This document shows, in pieces, positions 23,188 to 24,000 of a stretch of 24,000 bases of DNA. The notes below the pieces were generated by a model, which saw only the letters and a list, made by a program, of their open reading frames with translations, had not been told where the DNA came from and ran no database searches. A program made the position numbers and the translations under genes. Each line of letters starts with the position of its first letter. Positions within the stretch are counted from its first letter, which is position 1. Origin of the DNA: Dehalococcoidia bacterium (GTDB lineage: Bacteria > Chloroflexota > Dehalococcoidia > Lucifugimonadales > JAGWBF01); NCBI GenBank assembly GCA_965226865.1, contig CBDDEH010000004.1:1953432-1977431 (forward strand). Direction: 5' to 3'.

Positions 23188-24000
23188 ATGACTAGACGAA
23201 TCGAGTACGCTTTTCTTTTCGCGGTATTGGCGCTTGCGTTGGCTGCCTTCTGTGTTTTCTCTCGCGTAGCACTTGCTGATGGTTCCGGCAATGAGAACAC
23301 CGCTAATGAATCCTCAAATCATCAGGCTACCGGCGATCAGGGGGCTGGCGACGAAGGCTCCGGTGAAGAGGGCTCCGGCGACGAAGGCTCCGGCGACGAG
23401 GGCGCTGGCAACGAAGGCCAAGCGTTGGGGTTTTCGCAAGGTCAGGAAACTGAGATCCAGGTTGGTTCTGTCGTTGGCAGTGCCACGCTTCGAGACTCAA
23501 TGTGTGTGATCCACACTCCTATCAAGATCGGGGCACGCGTGCAAAATGGAAGTAGCCCTCTTGCGATTAGCTGGCGTTTCGATGAACAGTGCAGGGCTGT
23601 CGTTTATGACATTCAACCAATTTCAGAAGCCGAAAACACGCTAGCGCATACAGCACCGGCTGAAAACGGACAGTTCATTTCTCCTGTCCCAGGTTTGGTG
23701 CCTAGCGGCGGCGAACCGATGGCCACAGAGGATACCGGAGTCGACTCCAGCTCTCGCGAAGAACGTGCGGGGTGGGTCGGCTACACTATCCTCGAACAGT
23801 TTGATGTGCCTGCGACTTACGTGTACGCCCATCTCTATTACTGGGAGGAAGATGACTCGGTATCGGGTGGCCATAGCCCTTACGCTTACTGTTGGAACTC
23901 ATGGTTCCCGGGCTGGACGATTGAAGACTGTTCCTCCACATACTATCCGCATGGACCGGACTACGTGTGGATAGAGGTCGAAGGGGAGTTTCAGAACGAT
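23188..24000 (+). CDS. Secreted hypothetical protein, paralogue of 20791..21579 (3' end beyond the window)
   Basis: Absent from the ORF track because it is open-ended. ATG 23188 is preceded by AAGGAA. I translated 271 codons by hand and found no stop. Signal peptide MTRRIEYAFLFAVLALALAAFCVFSRVALA, then an acidic hexapeptide repeat GDQGAGDEGSGEEGSGDEGSGDEGAGNEG, then ...CVIHTPIKIG...QCRAVVYDI... and ...YCWNSWFPGWTIEDCSSTYYPHGPDYVWIEVEGEF. Confidence 0.7.
   Translation, partial: MTRRIEYAFLFAVLALALAAFCVFSRVALADGSGNENTANESSNHQATGDQGAGDEGSGEEGSGDEGSGDEGAGNEGQALGFSQGQETEIQVGSVVGSATLRDSMCVIHTPIKIGARVQNGSSPLAISWRFDEQCRAVVYDIQPISEAENTLAHTAPAENGQFISPVPGLVPSGGEPMATEDTGVDSSSREERAGWVGYTILEQFDVPATYVYAHLYYWEEDDSVSGGHSPYAYCWNSWFPGWTIEDCSSTYYPHGPDYVWIEVEGEFQND

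Overview
By eye the window is moderately GC-rich bacterial DNA, and it splits into two halves.

**Left half (1 to about 12,900): ordinary, tightly packed metabolic genes.**
- Two tandem reductive-dehalogenase-like Fe-S genes with no Tat signal. The first is cut by the window edge.
- A thiamine-diphosphate (ThDP) enzyme.
- An intact modABC molybdate transporter.
- A 6-phosphofructokinase broken by three clustered frameshifts.
- Two translationally coupled class III CoA-transferases.
- A PD40/TolB-type beta-propeller lipoprotein coupled to a DUF385 deazaflavin-type enzyme.
- A lipoprotein alpha/beta-hydrolase.

**Right half (about 12,900 to 23,100): an accessory region full of decayed mobile or defence-type genes.**
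- A higBA toxin-antitoxin pair sits in front of a 3'-truncated exonuclease-RecQ fusion gene.
- There is an N-terminally deleted, frameshifted large serine recombinase.
- A frameshifted group II intron is truncated by a DDE-transposase fragment.
- A PD40 gene fragment is also present.
- A few intact small exported or membrane genes lie between these remnants: a cytochrome c and several hypotheticals.

**Most unusual signal.** A diverged non-coding repeat family occurs at least five times between about 16.7 and 19.0 kb. Its core is AGCCACATCTnnAAGATGG..CCTACCATCC..GGCC..GGGATCGAAC. The copies bracket single genes, and two of them form roughly 200-bp inverted arms that abut the recombinase remnant exactly. 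I cannot assign it to a known element.

**Limits.** A paralogous pair of secreted Cys-motif proteins flanks the intron/transposase debris; the second copy runs off the right edge and is missing from the ORF track. Lineage is inference only: the gene content would fit a Chloroflexota-like or actinobacterial genome. No rRNA, tRNA or CRISPR array could be supported.
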